From an uncultured Bryocella sp. (lineage in GTDB: Bacteria; Acidobacteriota; Terriglobia; Terriglobales; Acidobacteriaceae), in contig CAXSBL010000006.1 in NCBI GenBank assembly GCA_964235515.1, forward strand, positions 3,186-67,185: 64,000 nucleotides of DNA, written 5' to 3'. A model generated the notes under the pieces. That model ran no database searches, was not told the DNA's origin, and was given only the letters and a program-made list of their open reading frames with translations. Of the stretch, positions 26,634 to 37,314 are shown piece by piece; position 1 is the first letter of the stretch, and the number at the start of each line of letters is the position of its first letter. Position numbers and translations under genes: made by a program.

Positions 26634-27908
26634 TTAGCTAGAGCTGGCGTGGTCGTCGGCTGACGAAACGGGAGCGTCGTACACGGGCCGTGTCGGTTGC
26701 GCACAGGTGTCCAGAAGCACAAGAAGAATGCGGCGGAGAGCGAGCTCCCGGCCGGTGGGGTCATACCACTCGCTGACGGTATGGAGGCCGCCGCCACGGC
26801 CGCCGGCGCCGACGGCGAGCGCAGGAACACCGAGAGAGAGCGGCAGATTGGCGTCGGTGGAGCCGATGCGGGATTCGGTGGCGATGCCGAGATGGCGGTC
26901 CACGGCGCGGAGGCTGCGCATCAGGTTGGAGTCGGCTGAGAGGGTGCCGCCAATGCGGTGGCCGGTGCGCTCGATGCGGAGCTGGAGGCGGTCGCCGGTG
27001 GAGCGGGGGCGCATCTCGGCCTCGATCTCGGCGGAGAGGCGGGTGAGGACGGTGAGTTCCAGGCGGTCGAGCTCCATCTCGGAGGTGGAGCGCAGGTCGA
27101 TATCAGCAAAGGCGGACGAAGGAATGGAATTGACCGAGGTGCCGCCATGCAGGGTGCCGACGTTCAGCGTGGTACGGGGATTGCTTGGCACAGGGAGCCG
27201 CGAGATCGCGACCAGAGCGGCACTGAGCGCAAGAATGGGGTTAGGGCGGCCGGCATCGGCCCAGGAATGACCGCCGGGGCCGGTGATGGTGGCGCGGAGA
27301 CGGCGGCTGCCGAGGGCGCGGTCGACGACCAGGCCGTCGCCTGCGCCTTCAAGAGCAATGGCAGCCTCGATGCGGGCGCCAAAGGGCGGATGCGCGAAGA
27401 GATGCCGCATCCCGCGGAGGTCGCCTTCACCCTCCTCGCCGACGTTGGCCGCGAAGAGCACGGGGCAGCCAGGCCGAAGATCCGCATGCCGGAGCGCGGC
27501 GGCGATGGCGAGCAAGGCGGTGAGGCCGGCACCGTTGTCGCAGGCGCCGGGGCCGCGGATAAGAGCGTTATCTTCGGTGGGGGTGCAGTCTGTTCCGGCG
27601 GGGAAGACGGTGTCGAGGTGCGCTGAAAAGAGAACAGTGCCTGACGCGGAAGGCGAACCTGCAGGATTCAGCAGCGCCACGGCGTTGCCTTCAGCATCGA
27701 TATGCGGGTCAGTGAAGCCGAACTCGCGGAATCGCTCGCAGAACCAGGCGGCCCGGGCGTTCTCTTTAAAGGGAGGCGCGGCGATGGGTAGGAAGGCCAG
27801 CTGCCAGCGTCGCAACTGGAGTTCATGCAGGTGAAGCCAGCTGAAGGCGCGGTGGACGGCACCCACGCTGGCCAACTCGGGAATGCGGCGGCTGTCAAAG
27901 GAGCTCAA
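26634..27908 (-). CDS. M20/M28-family metallopeptidase
   Basis: SAHLDTV, GACDNGAG, VGEEGEGDLRG, GGHSW, GGLHT. Confidence 0.85.
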   Translation of the reverse strand: MSSFDSRRIPELASVGAVHRAFSWLHLHELQLRRWQLAFLPIAAPPFKENARAAWFCERFREFGFTDPHIDAEGNAVALLNPAGSPSASGTVLFSAHLDTVFPAGTDCTPTEDNALIRGPGACDNGAGLTALLAIAAALRHADLRPGCPVLFAANVGEEGEGDLRGMRHLFAHPPFGARIEAAIALEGAGDGLVVDRALGSRRLRATITGPGGHSWADAGRPNPILALSAALVAISRLPVPSNPRTTLNVGTLHGGTSVNSIPSSAFADIDLRSTSEMELDRLELTVLTRLSAEIEAEMRPRSTGDRLQLRIERTGHRIGGTLSADSNLMRSLRAVDRHLGIATESRIGSTDANLPLSLGVPALAVGAGGRGGGLHTVSEWYDPTGRELALRRILLVLLDTCAQPTRPVYDAPVSSADDHASSS

Positions 27909-28825
27909 TGCGAGGAACCCACCGCAGCTGCCGCCATCGCCGGCTGACTCGACCGCAAAGCCTCCCGGTTGCTCCCCTCGCTGCGCGAGTCGTAGTCGAC
28001 GGCCCGGAGATAGAGACCGCTGGCCGGGGCAGTAGGACCGGCTTCGGAGCGATTTCTGCTGTTGAGAATCCTGGGCAGATCCTCAACAGGCAGGCTACCG
28101 CGACCGATATCCACCATGGTGCCCACAAGATTGCGCACCATGTGATGCAGGAAGCCGCTGCCGCAGATGTTGAACAGCAGCAGGCCTTCGGCGCGTGTCC
28201 ATGCCGCGCTGAAAATCGTCTTCACGGGGTTGGGTTCACCGGCCGTACGGATTCCGTTTGCGGATTCTTCGCGAAGCGAGAGTTCGCGGCGTGCCGCGGC
28301 CATGGCGGTGAAGTCATGGGTACCGAGCAGCAGGTCGGCTGCCTGCTGCAAGGGTGTGATCCGCAGGGGCCAGCGGCAGTCCCAGACGAAGGGCGCGAGA
28401 AACGGCGAGCAGATGCGCTCGGTTTCGGCATCGGGGAAGCGGCGCTCGAAGATGCGGTACTCGTAATGTTTGCGACGGGCCGAATGCCGGGCGTGGAAGC
28501 TTGCGGGAACGGTTTCTGCTGCGACCACACGCAGACTGACGGGCAGCATCCGGTTCAGGGCGCGCTGCAGGTTGGCCGGAGGAAGGCTGATCGGAAGGCT
28601 GAAGGAGGCGACCTGGGCGAGCGCGTGAACGCCGGCGTCGGTGCGGCCGGAGCCCTGCGGCAGGATCGGAACACCCGCGAGACCGGACAGCGCGGCGGCG
28701 AGGGTGCCCTGCACGGTGACCAGACCGGGCTGCACCTGCCAGCCGTGAAAGCCGGAGCCGTTGTAGCTGAGAGTCAGCTTCCAGTGGCTCGCTCCTGCGG
28801 TGTCCCGAGTTTGATCTGCCGGCAT
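27905..28825 (-). CDS. truA: tRNA pseudouridine(38-40) synthase
   Basis: YNGSGFHGWQVQP, GSGRTDAGVHA, GSGFLHHMVRNLVG, AGPTAPASGLYL. Confidence 0.95.
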   Translation of the reverse strand: MPADQTRDTAGASHWKLTLSYNGSGFHGWQVQPGLVTVQGTLAAALSGLAGVPILPQGSGRTDAGVHALAQVASFSLPISLPPANLQRALNRMLPVSLRVVAAETVPASFHARHSARRKHYEYRIFERRFPDAETERICSPFLAPFVWDCRWPLRITPLQQAADLLLGTHDFTAMAAARRELSLREESANGIRTAGEPNPVKTIFSAAWTRAEGLLLFNICGSGFLHHMVRNLVGTMVDIGRGSLPVEDLPRILNSRNRSEAGPTAPASGLYLRAVDYDSRSEGSNREALRSSQPAMAAAAVGSSH

Positions 28826-28954
28826 ACCTCTCCATTATGGCCTCGCCGGGCAGGTGACTCCGGTGAAGCTACCGCTGAAGCTGGAGGTCGTGGGGACTAT
28901 ACTGGCCTCGATTGCAGCAAACCATTGCAGAAACCTAAGCTAAGCAGTGAACGC

Positions 28955-31252
28955 GTGAATCAACCGGCTTTAGCCGGAACCGATCGCGATGAAAGGGTAG
29001 GGAAGCGGTTGCGGGAAGTTCCAAGTTGGTCGCGAAGGTACCGGCGAGTGGGAGCGTTGCCGGCGAGTTCCTTGCGTCTGGGCATAGTGCTGTGGGCGGT
29101 GGTTGCCCAGCCGTACCTGGCCGAGGGTGCCGGGCAGGTTTCCACGCCGCAGGCAGCGACCTCGCCAATTAGTGCTTCGACGCCGCAGGGGAGTCCGACG
29201 GTGGCTCCGCCGCCCCAGCCCGTGCAGAACGATACGACGGGAACGCCCGGGATGCCACAGGCGCCGACGCCTGCCCTGACGCAGCCGTTGTTTCTGAGGC
29301 CTACCTCGCATGATTATGCGCGGGGCAATCCGTTTTTTCCGGATCCGCTGGCGATCTACTCGGCGAAGAATTACCCGCAGCCGCAGCTGAGCAACGCCCC
29401 CAAACTTGACGATCTGCTGCGTGAGGGCAAGATCTACCTGAGCTTGGCGGATGCGGTGACGCTGGCGCTTGAAGACAACTACGACATCGCGATTGCGCGC
29501 ATCAATCTGGACATTGCGGATACGGATCTGCTGCGCGCAGAAGCCGGTTCGACGCTGCGCGGCGTCCCGACAGGGCTGATCACCAACACGCTGGGTGGAT
29601 CGACGACGACGATCACGGGCGGGGGCGGCCCGGCGGGTTCGACCTCCACGGCATCGGCGAGCGCCGGCAGTTCCGGACTGGTGCTTTCGACCAACGGCGG
29701 CGGGCCGGTGGTGGAGAACTTCGATCCTTTTCTGACGGGCACGATTCAGTATGAGAGTGCGCGCATTCCGCAGACCATTACGCTGCTGACCGGCACGGAA
29801 AACCTGCAGACAAATACGACCACCTATAACTTTGAATACCAGCAGGGATTCGCCTCGGGCACCTCGCTGGCGGTGACGTACAACAACACGCGGCAGACGA
29901 CCAACAGCGAAGGCGTGGTCTATAACCCGGCGCTGAACTCGACCTTTCGGGCGCTCGCTACGCAGCACTTGTTGCAGGGTTTTGGCCCGTGGATCAACAA
30001 GCGGTTTATTGTGCAGGCGAAGAACAACCGGCGGTACGCGGATTCGGCGTTCCGGCAGCAGGTGATCTACACCATCACCCAGGTGGAGAGTATTTATTGG
30101 GCGCTGGTGAGTGCCTATGAGGATGAGCAGGCAAAGACCCGGGCGCTGGCGCAGTCGACGCAGCTGGCCGCCGATGACCGCCGGCAGGTTGAGATTGGGA
30201 CGCTGGCGCCGTTGGATGTGGTGAACGCGGACTCTTCGGTGGCGTCCGATAAGCAGTCCCTAATCAGTTCGCAGAACAACCTCGAATACCAGCAATTGCT
30301 GATGAAGCAGGCGATCGCTCGCACGCTGGGAGACCCGAAGATTGCGAATGCGCCGGTGGTGCCGACCGACCGGGTGGGTCTGGACCGGCTGCCGGAAGAG
30401 GATGAAAAGGTTGAGGATCTCGTCAGCCAGGCGTTTCGGGACAATCCCCAGGTCGAGCAGGCCGTGCTTTCGATGGAAAACAACAAGATCACCATTCGCG
30501 CGGAGAAAAATGGCTTGCTGCCGGTGGTGGATGCCTACGGCTTTTACGGAGCGAACGCCCTGGGCGGGCAGCAGAATCCGCTGCTGAACTGCGCGACCGG
30601 GGTCTCCGGGCTTGGGTCGACGAACACGGCATTCACGCCCTGCCCGGCGGGGCTGGTAGCGACACGGGGTTTTGGGTCCACCTTGGAGAATCTGGTCAAT
30701 AACAACTATCCGGACTACGGCGTCGGGGTGAACGTCAACATTCCTCTGCGAAACCGGACGGCGCAGGCCGACCAGGTACGGTCGCAGATGGAGTACCGGC
30801 AGGCGGAGATGCGGCTGCAGCAGATCTATACCCAGCTGCGGATTCAACTAGTCAATGCGCTTTATGCGCTGAGCAATGACCGTGCTGGGGTGGTGGCGGC
30901 GCAGGCCGCGCGGGAGTATGCGGCGCAGTCCCTGGCGGCGGAGACGAAAAAGCTGGGCTTGGGGGCCTCGACGACGGCCAACGTGCTGCAACAGGGGCGC
31001 AACCTGGCGGGGTCAGATAATACGTTGAACTCGGCGGATGCGGCCTATGCGCGAGACCGTTCGGCGCTGGACCAGATATTGTCCAACACGCTGGATCGTT
31101 ACGGCATTACGCTGGCGGAGGCCGTGAAGGGCGAGGTGACGCAGAGTCCGCACGTGCCGGGGCTGACACCGCCCAAGCCACCCGCGCCGCCACAGCCGCT
31201 GGGAACCACCGCAGTGCCCGCGGGAATGCCGAGTGTGGCCGGCCCGCAGTAG
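28955..31252 (+). CDS. TolC-family outer-membrane efflux protein with Pro-rich N-terminus
   Basis: LSLADAVTLALEDNYDI, two helical repeats, LLPVVD, VNVNIPLRNR; start uncertain (GTG 28955); the ORF-track extension to 27908 is antisense to truA. Confidence 0.8.
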   Translation: MNQPALAGTDRDERVGKRLREVPSWSRRYRRVGALPASSLRLGIVLWAVVAQPYLAEGAGQVSTPQAATSPISASTPQGSPTVAPPPQPVQNDTTGTPGMPQAPTPALTQPLFLRPTSHDYARGNPFFPDPLAIYSAKNYPQPQLSNAPKLDDLLREGKIYLSLADAVTLALEDNYDIAIARINLDIADTDLLRAEAGSTLRGVPTGLITNTLGGSTTTITGGGGPAGSTSTASASAGSSGLVLSTNGGGPVVENFDPFLTGTIQYESARIPQTITLLTGTENLQTNTTTYNFEYQQGFASGTSLAVTYNNTRQTTNSEGVVYNPALNSTFRALATQHLLQGFGPWINKRFIVQAKNNRRYADSAFRQQVIYTITQVESIYWALVSAYEDEQAKTRALAQSTQLAADDRRQVEIGTLAPLDVVNADSSVASDKQSLISSQNNLEYQQLLMKQAIARTLGDPKIANAPVVPTDRVGLDRLPEEDEKVEDLVSQAFRDNPQVEQAVLSMENNKITIRAEKNGLLPVVDAYGFYGANALGGQQNPLLNCATGVSGLGSTNTAFTPCPAGLVATRGFGSTLENLVNNNYPDYGVGVNVNIPLRNRTAQADQVRSQMEYRQAEMRLQQIYTQLRIQLVNALYALSNDRAGVVAAQAAREYAAQSLAAETKKLGLGASTTANVLQQGRNLAGSDNTLNSADAAYARDRSALDQILSNTLDRYGITLAEAVKGEVTQSPHVPGLTPPKPPAPPQPLGTTAVPAGMPSVAGPQ

Positions 31253-31299
31253 CCGTTGCCGGCAGCTCGGGTAGGCTGAGGTGAGGGCAGGAGCAGACC

Positions 31300-33435
31300 A
31301 TGGAACAGGCAACCGAAAACCGACTAGGGCAGGCTGCATCCGCCTATCTGCGCTCCGCGCGATATCAGCCGGTAGCCTGGCATGAATGGGGTGAAGGTGC
31401 GTTTGCCGAAGCCAAACGTTTAGGAAAACCGGTTCTGCTGGATATCGGAGCGGTATGGTGCCATTGGTGCCATGTGATGGATCGCGAGAGTTACGAGAAT
31501 CCAGAACTAGCTGGGCTGATCAATGAGCTTTTTGTCGCGGTGAAGGTGGACCGCGACGAGCGGCCGGATGTGGATAGCCGCTACCAGGCGGCCGTGGCTT
31601 CGATCAGCGGGCAAAGCGGATGGCCGCTGACCGCGTTTCTGACGCCCGAGGGCAAGCCGTTCTTCGGCGGCACGTATTTCCCGCCGGAGGATCGCTATGG
31701 CCGGCCTGGGTTTCCCCGTGTCCTGCGCAGTATGGCCGAGGCCTGCCGCAGCCGCCTGGATGAGGTAAACGAGTCTGCTGAGAGCGTGCAGGGGGCCATT
31801 GAGCAGAATGAGACCTTCGCGGGACGGGGCGGTGAGCCGGGGCAGGAGTTGCTCGGCAAGATCCTCGAGTCGATGCTGCGGCAGTTCGATCCGCGCAACG
31901 GAGGCTTCGGCTCGCAGCCGAAGTTCCCGCATCCCGCGGCGCTGGACCTGCTGATCGATGCGGCGACGCGCTCCGGGGCCCTGGCCGAGCGGGCGCGCGA
32001 CGTGGTGCTTTTGACCCTGGGCAAGATGGCGGCGGGCGGGGTGCACGATCAGCTGGCCGGAGGGTTCCACCGCTATTCAGTGGACGAACGCTGGATTGTG
32101 CCGCATTTCGAGAAGATGGCCTATGACAACAGCGAGCTGCTGCGCGCTTATACGCACGCCTTCCAGAGCTTTGTGGACCCAAGGCTGGCGCGGGTGGCCG
32201 GCTCCACGCTGCGCTGGATGGATGAGTGGCTGAGCGATCGCGAGAGGGGCGGGTTTTATGCCTCGCAGGACGCGGATGACTCGCTGGACGACGACGGCGA
32301 CTACTTTACCTGGAGCCGCGCAGAGGCCGAGGCGGCGCTATCGGCCGAGGAGTTTGAGGTCGCGGCGGCGTACTTTAACCTCCGGGCGGTCGGGGACATG
32401 CACCACAACCCGGCGAAGAACGTGCTGCATGTCGTGACGGACGTTCCAGCGCTGGCGGCTCGGCTCGGTAGAGGGGAAGGGGACGTGGCGGCGCTGCTGC
32501 AGGAGGCCCGCAACAAGCTGCATGCGGCTCGGCTGGAGCGGCGCACGCCGTTTGTGGACCGAACAATCTACACGGGGTGGAACGGGCTTTGCGTTTCGGC
32601 GTACCTGGCGGCTGGGAGGGCCCTGGCGTTGCCTGAGGCCGTGCGCTTCGCGCTGAAGACGCTGGATCGGGTGCTGGCGACGGCATGGGACCCGGCGGTC
32701 GGTTTGACGCGCGTGGTGGCCTACCGGGGAGCGGAGGCGCCGGCCAAGAGAATTCCGGCCATCCTCGACGACTATGCCTTTGTGGGCAACGCCGCGCTGG
32801 ACGCCTGGGAGCACACGGGCGAGATGCTCTACTTCGCCGCCGCGGAGGACATCGCGAAGAGGCTGCTGAGCCGCTTCCACGATGCCGCCGAGGGTGGTTT
32901 CTTCGACACTGACCAGACCGGCGCTGGGCAGCCTCTCGGGGTACTGGGGGCGCGACGGAAACCCGTGCAGGACGCTCCTACACCTGCCGGCAACCCAGCC
33001 AGTGCCACGCTTCTGCTCAGGCTGCACGCTTTAACGGACGATGAGTCGTACCGAAGGCACGCCGTTGAAACGCTGGAGGCGTTCGGGGGCATTGTGGAGC
33101 ACTTCGGTCTCTATGCGGCCAGCTACGGTTTGGCGCTGCGGCTGGCGATTACGCCTGCGGTGCAGGTCTGCATTATCGGCGGGGATGCCCTCGCCGACGA
33201 ACTAGCCGCGGCGGCCACGGCGCGTTTTCTGGTGAACAAAAGTGTGGTTCGGCTCCGGCGAGAGCAGCTGGCGGCGTTGCCACCGGCATTGGCACAGACT
33301 CTGCCGCACGTGCCAGGCCTGGAGGCGGGCAGCGTGGCGGTTGTTTGCACAGGAAATGCATGTTTGCCGCCTGCCAACGACCCGCAGCAGCTGTTGGAGT
33401 TGTTGGGGGAGGAGCGTTGGGCTGGTTCGCTATGA
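31300..33435 (+). CDS. Thioredoxin-domain protein with alpha/alpha barrel (YyaL/DUF255 family)
   Basis: WCHWCHVMDRESY, KVDRDERPDVD, GWPLTAFLTP, PHFEKMAYDN. Confidence 0.9.
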   Translation: MEQATENRLGQAASAYLRSARYQPVAWHEWGEGAFAEAKRLGKPVLLDIGAVWCHWCHVMDRESYENPELAGLINELFVAVKVDRDERPDVDSRYQAAVASISGQSGWPLTAFLTPEGKPFFGGTYFPPEDRYGRPGFPRVLRSMAEACRSRLDEVNESAESVQGAIEQNETFAGRGGEPGQELLGKILESMLRQFDPRNGGFGSQPKFPHPAALDLLIDAATRSGALAERARDVVLLTLGKMAAGGVHDQLAGGFHRYSVDERWIVPHFEKMAYDNSELLRAYTHAFQSFVDPRLARVAGSTLRWMDEWLSDRERGGFYASQDADDSLDDDGDYFTWSRAEAEAALSAEEFEVAAAYFNLRAVGDMHHNPAKNVLHVVTDVPALAARLGRGEGDVAALLQEARNKLHAARLERRTPFVDRTIYTGWNGLCVSAYLAAGRALALPEAVRFALKTLDRVLATAWDPAVGLTRVVAYRGAEAPAKRIPAILDDYAFVGNAALDAWEHTGEMLYFAAAEDIAKRLLSRFHDAAEGGFFDTDQTGAGQPLGVLGARRKPVQDAPTPAGNPASATLLLRLHALTDDESYRRHAVETLEAFGGIVEHFGLYAASYGLALRLAITPAVQVCIIGGDALADELAAAATARFLVNKSVVRLRREQLAALPPALAQTLPHVPGLEAGSVAVVCTGNACLPPANDPQQLLELLGEERWAGSL

Positions 33436-34392
33436 GTTCTCTAGCGTAGTTGGCAGGGTGGAGACTGCTTCTGCGGGCGCAGACCCGGTTCTGCCGGGCG
33501 GAGCCGGCTCGGTACGTACCACGGTGCTGGTAAGGGCACCGAACTCGAGGCCTTCGCGGGTGAACGTGACGAGGATGCGCTGGCGCAGGGCTCGCAGGAC
33601 GCCGTCACGTTGATTGGCACGAACGCGCACATTGATCGGGTAAATGACCTCGGCGCTGGAGACCCGATCGACGCCGAGAACCTCGGGGTTGGCCAGGATG
33701 ACATCGTTAAACGCTTCGTCGGCACGCACCTCGGCGGCCAGTTGACGAAGGATCGCCACGATGCGGGCGGGGTCCTCGCGCGGGCTGACGCTGAGCGAGA
33801 GCGTTGCTACCGAGTAATCGCGAGACATGTTGGAGACGGTGGCGATGCCGCTATTGGGCACGACGTGCAGGGTGCCGTCGCCGTCGCGGAGCTTGGTGCA
33901 GCGCAGGGTGAGGTCTTCGACGGTGCCGGTCAGGGTAGCGACCTTTACGACATCGCCCACACTATATTGGTCCTCAACGAGAATGAGGATGCCATTGAGT
34001 ATGTCCTTGAACAGACTCTGCGCGCCGAAGCTGATGCCCAGGCCGATCACGCCGGCCGAAGCGATGAAGGGGCCGAGCGAAACACCGATGGCGCTGAGCA
34101 ATTGCAGGAAAAGCGAGAACCCGATCAGCGCCGAAGCGCTGGCCCGGAGGATTCCGGCGACGGTGCGCAGTTGAGCGGCACGGCGGCTGTTTCCGACCAG
34201 ACTGTCGGCGCGGCGGCGCATGCGATCGACAAAGAAGCTGACCAGCCACCAGGCGAGAGCCGCGATCAACACGGCTGCCCCGATCTTCGGGAGACCAGCC
34301 TGGAGAAAGTTGATGAAATCAACGTGCCAGCTGTGCTCAACGGAGAGCAGAGATTGTTCCTCTTGTGGCACAACGTTAGGGAGGTTCATCAT
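33430..34392 (-). CDS. Small-conductance mechanosensitive channel (MscS family)
   Basis: GISFGAQSLFKD, VGDVVKV, GTVEDLTLRCT, VPNS; start uncertain. Confidence 0.88.
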   Translation of the reverse strand: MMNLPNVVPQEEQSLLSVEHSWHVDFINFLQAGLPKIGAAVLIAALAWWLVSFFVDRMRRRADSLVGNSRRAAQLRTVAGILRASASALIGFSLFLQLLSAIGVSLGPFIASAGVIGLGISFGAQSLFKDILNGILILVEDQYSVGDVVKVATLTGTVEDLTLRCTKLRDGDGTLHVVPNSGIATVSNMSRDYSVATLSLSVSPREDPARIVAILRQLAAEVRADEAFNDVILANPEVLGVDRVSSAEVIYPINVRVRANQRDGVLRALRQRILVTFTREGLEFGALTSTVVRTEPAPPGRTGSAPAEAVSTLPTTLENS

Positions 34393-34487
34393 GGGATCGT
34401 CGGCAGGAACAACGTTTCCTGCAAGCATACTGAACGCGTTCCGTGGAAACCGGGGCAGATGCGCCGGGATATGCACAAGGGGTGACT

Positions 34488-34883
34488 ATGAAAGCTCATT
34501 TGCCGCGGCACTCGGTTGGCCGCTCGAGATTCGGTCCGGTTCTGCTGCTGTTGTTGGCAGGCGGCCTCACAGGCGTTGCGGCGACGCGGCGGTTGCAAAC
34601 ACCCTCGGGCAATGTGTCGCACCCTACACTGCCGGGCGGCACTGACACGCGGGAGGCGCACGATCCGTTTGCGGAGCAGACCGCGTCGAAGATGACTCAC
34701 CTACGCGAGGATGAACGTCGCAAGCGGCTGATTGCGGACACAGGCAGGCTGGTAGCGCTGACGAATGAACTGAAGACCGAGGTCGACAACACGACGCGCG
34801 ACGAGCTTTCGCTGGATGTTATTCGAAAAGCAACCGAGATCGAGAAGCTTGCGCGGGATGTGCGCGAGCGCATGAAGAACTGA
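34488..34883 (+). CDS. Hypothetical exported helical protein
   Basis: Signal-like N-terminus; coiled-coil C-terminus ...IEKLARDVRERMKN. Confidence 0.55.
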   Translation: MKAHLPRHSVGRSRFGPVLLLLLAGGLTGVAATRRLQTPSGNVSHPTLPGGTDTREAHDPFAEQTASKMTHLREDERRKRLIADTGRLVALTNELKTEVDNTTRDELSLDVIRKATEIEKLARDVRERMKN

Positions 34884-35027
34884 GTCGTCGAGGTGCCGCG
34901 GCGGTGGGCCCTGTCCCGTTTTGGGGGCGAACGGGCATTGCCGCTGCGCGTACAATCGCTCTGTCAGTTTTGTTGCGAAGGGAGTGCGGCCGGGGTGGGG
35001 GCGAAGAGGCGGGCGGAGAAGGAAGCC

Positions 35028-37211
35028 GTGGTAAGCGTCACCGAGCCCGCGAGCACTGCGTTCGCCGAGCCAACGGCGCCGGTGACAGGGCTTAGCCGTA
35101 CGCAGATGCTGGAGTTCTACCGGCTGATGGTGCTTTCGCGGCGAACGGACGATCGTGAAATCCTGCTGAAGCGGCAGCAAAAAATCTTCTTTCAGATATC
35201 CTGCGCCGGGCACGAAGCTCTTTTGGTCGCTGCCGGGATGGCGCTGCGACCTGGCTATGACTGGTTTTTTCCCTACTACCGCGACCGGGCGCTGTGTTTA
35301 GCGCTGGGCAACACCGTGGAAGAGCAGCTGTTGCAGGCCGTGGGCGCGGGCAGCGATCCGGCCTCGGGTGGGCGGCAGATGCCGTCACACTGGACGAGCA
35401 AACGGCTCAATATTGTGTCGCCTTCTTCCTCCACCGCGACGCAGTGCCTGCACGCGGTGGGATGTGCCGAGGCAGGACGGTATTTCAGCCGTCATCCGGA
35501 CGCTGCCGCCAAGACCTCTGGAGACTATCGCGAATACAAGGATGTGACCTTCCACCCGGACGAGGTGGTTTACGTCTCAATAGGGGAGGGCTCGACGAGT
35601 CAGGGTGAGTTCTGGGAATCGCTGAACTCGGCGTCGAATTCGAAGCTGCCGGTGCTGTATGTCGTTGAGGACAACGGGTATGCGATCTCGACGCCGGTGG
35701 AGGCCAATACGCCGGGAGGCAACATCTCACGGCTGATCGCCAACTTCCCCAATTTCCACTTTGCCGAGGTGGACGGTACGGACTTCATCGCCAGCTACCA
35801 GGCAATGACGGAGGCGGTGGCCTACTGTCGTGCGGGTCACGGGCCGGCTTTGGTGCACGGGCACGTGATCCGGCCCTACTCGCATTCGCTGAGCGACGAC
35901 GAAACGCACTATCGCTCGGCGGAGGAGCTGGACGCCGACGCGCTGCGGGACCCGATTGCGCGGATGAGTGCCTGGCTGATCTCGAACGGCGTCGCCGATG
36001 CGGAGCAACTGCATAGCCTGGAGCTGGCGGTAGAGGTCGAGGTGCAGGCGGCGAGCGACCGTGCCCTTGCCGCGGCGCCGCCGGAGGTCGCGTCGATTCT
36101 GCGGGAGGTGTACTCGGAGGTGCTGCCAGCCACCGCCGCAGCGTTTGCCTCGGAGCCGGCCGAAGTGACGGAGGGAGCGCCCGACCGGACGATGCTGGAC
36201 GGCATCAACGCCTGCCTGCGGGACGAGATGCGCCGGGATGAGCGCATTGTGGTGTTTGGCGAGGATGTTGCCGACGCCACACGCGACCGAGAGCTGCTGG
36301 AAGGCAAGCTGAAGGGCAAAGGCGGCGTCTTCAAGGTAACCGCCGGGCTGCAGCGCGAGTTCGGCAGCGACCGCGTCTGGAACGCACCGTTGGCCGAGGC
36401 CAATATCACCGGAAGGGCGATCGGCATGGCCGTGCGGGGTGTAAAGCCGGTGGTAGAAATTCAATTCTTTGATTACATTTGGCCAGCTATGCACCAGATG
36501 CGCAACGAGTTAGCGGTCATGCGCTGGCGCTCGAACGGGACCTTCACTGCGCCGCTGGTGATGCGGGTGCCGATCGGCGGCTATCTCACGGGTGGATCGA
36601 TTTACCACTCGCAATCAGGCGAAAGCATCTTCACGCACACGCCGGGGGTGCGGGTTGCCATGCCTTCGAACACCCTGGATGCGGTGGGTCTGCTACGCAC
36701 CGCGATCCGTTGCGACGACCCTGTGCTTTTTCTGGAGCATAAAAATTTGTACCGCGCGACCTTCGGACGGGCGCCGTATCCAGGGTCGGAGTACAGCATC
36801 CCCTTCGGTAGGGCGCGCACCGTTCTGGCGGGCAAAGATCTGTCCGTGATCACCTATGGCGCGGTCGTTCCGCGGGCCCTGCAGGCGGCACAGCGACTGG
36901 AACGGGAACACGGGTTACATGTTGAGGTGATCGATCTGCGCAGCCTTGCACCGTATGACTGGGAGGCGATTGCGACCTCTGTGCGTAAGACCAGCAGGGT
37001 CCTTGTGGCACATGAGGACATGCTCAGCTGGGGTTACGGTGCGGAACTGGCGGCGCGCATCGGGGACGAGTTATTCCACGATCTGGACGCGCCGGTACGG
37101 CGGGTTGGCGGTATGGACACCTTTGTGGCCTACCAACCGCTGCTGGAAGACGTGATCCTGCCGCAGGCGGATCGACTCTTTGAGGCGATGCTGGAGTTGA
37201 GCCGCTTTTAG
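35028..37211 (+). CDS. 2-oxoacid dehydrogenase E1, fused alpha+beta subunits (branched-chain type)
   Basis: YYRDRA, QMPSHW, TPP motif [12 protein letters not shown]...[32 protein letters not shown]; start uncertain. Confidence 0.9.
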   Translation: MVSVTEPASTAFAEPTAPVTGLSRTQMLEFYRLMVLSRRTDDREILLKRQQKIFFQISCAGHEALLVAAGMALRPGYDWFFPYYRDRALCLALGNTVEEQLLQAVGAGSDPASGGRQMPSHWTSKRLNIVSPSSSTATQCLHAVGCAEAGRYFSRHPDAAAKTSGDYREYKDVTFHPDEVVYVSIGEGSTSQGEFWESLNSASNSKLPVLYVVEDNGYAISTPVEANTPGGNISRLIANFPNFHFAEVDGTDFIASYQAMTEAVAYCRAGHGPALVHGHVIRPYSHSLSDDETHYRSAEELDADALRDPIARMSAWLISNGVADAEQLHSLELAVEVEVQAASDRALAAAPPEVASILREVYSEVLPATAAAFASEPAEVTEGAPDRTMLDGINACLRDEMRRDERIVVFGEDVADATRDRELLEGKLKGKGGVFKVTAGLQREFGSDRVWNAPLAEANITGRAIGMAVRGVKPVVEIQFFDYIWPAMHQMRNELAVMRWRSNGTFTAPLVMRVPIGGYLTGGSIYHSQSGESIFTHTPGVRVAMPSNTLDAVGLLRTAIRCDDPVLFLEHKNLYRATFGRAPYPGSEYSIPFGRARTVLAGKDLSVITYGAVVPRALQAAQRLEREHGLHVEVIDLRSLAPYDWEAIATSVRKTSRVLVAHEDMLSWGYGAELAARIGDELFHDLDAPVRRVGGMDTFVAYQPLLEDVILPQADRLFEAMLELSRF

Positions 37212-37314
37212 GCCTCCTCTGATGGAACTTGGCCTTTGCGGCCCGGTGGGCAACTTTCACGGCGGGTGAGCGTTTGAACAGGCAGCGGATGGAGTTCGTC
37301 CCAAGAGGTGACCT

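Noticed and set aside
27908-28954. 1114-aa TolC fusion suggested by the ORF track
   Set aside because: The N-terminal ~350 aa are the antisense of truA; the real gene starts near 28955.
35028-37211. Fused E1 alpha/beta without E2/E3 nearby
   Set aside because: Fused, dispersed E1 genes are well known in several phyla.
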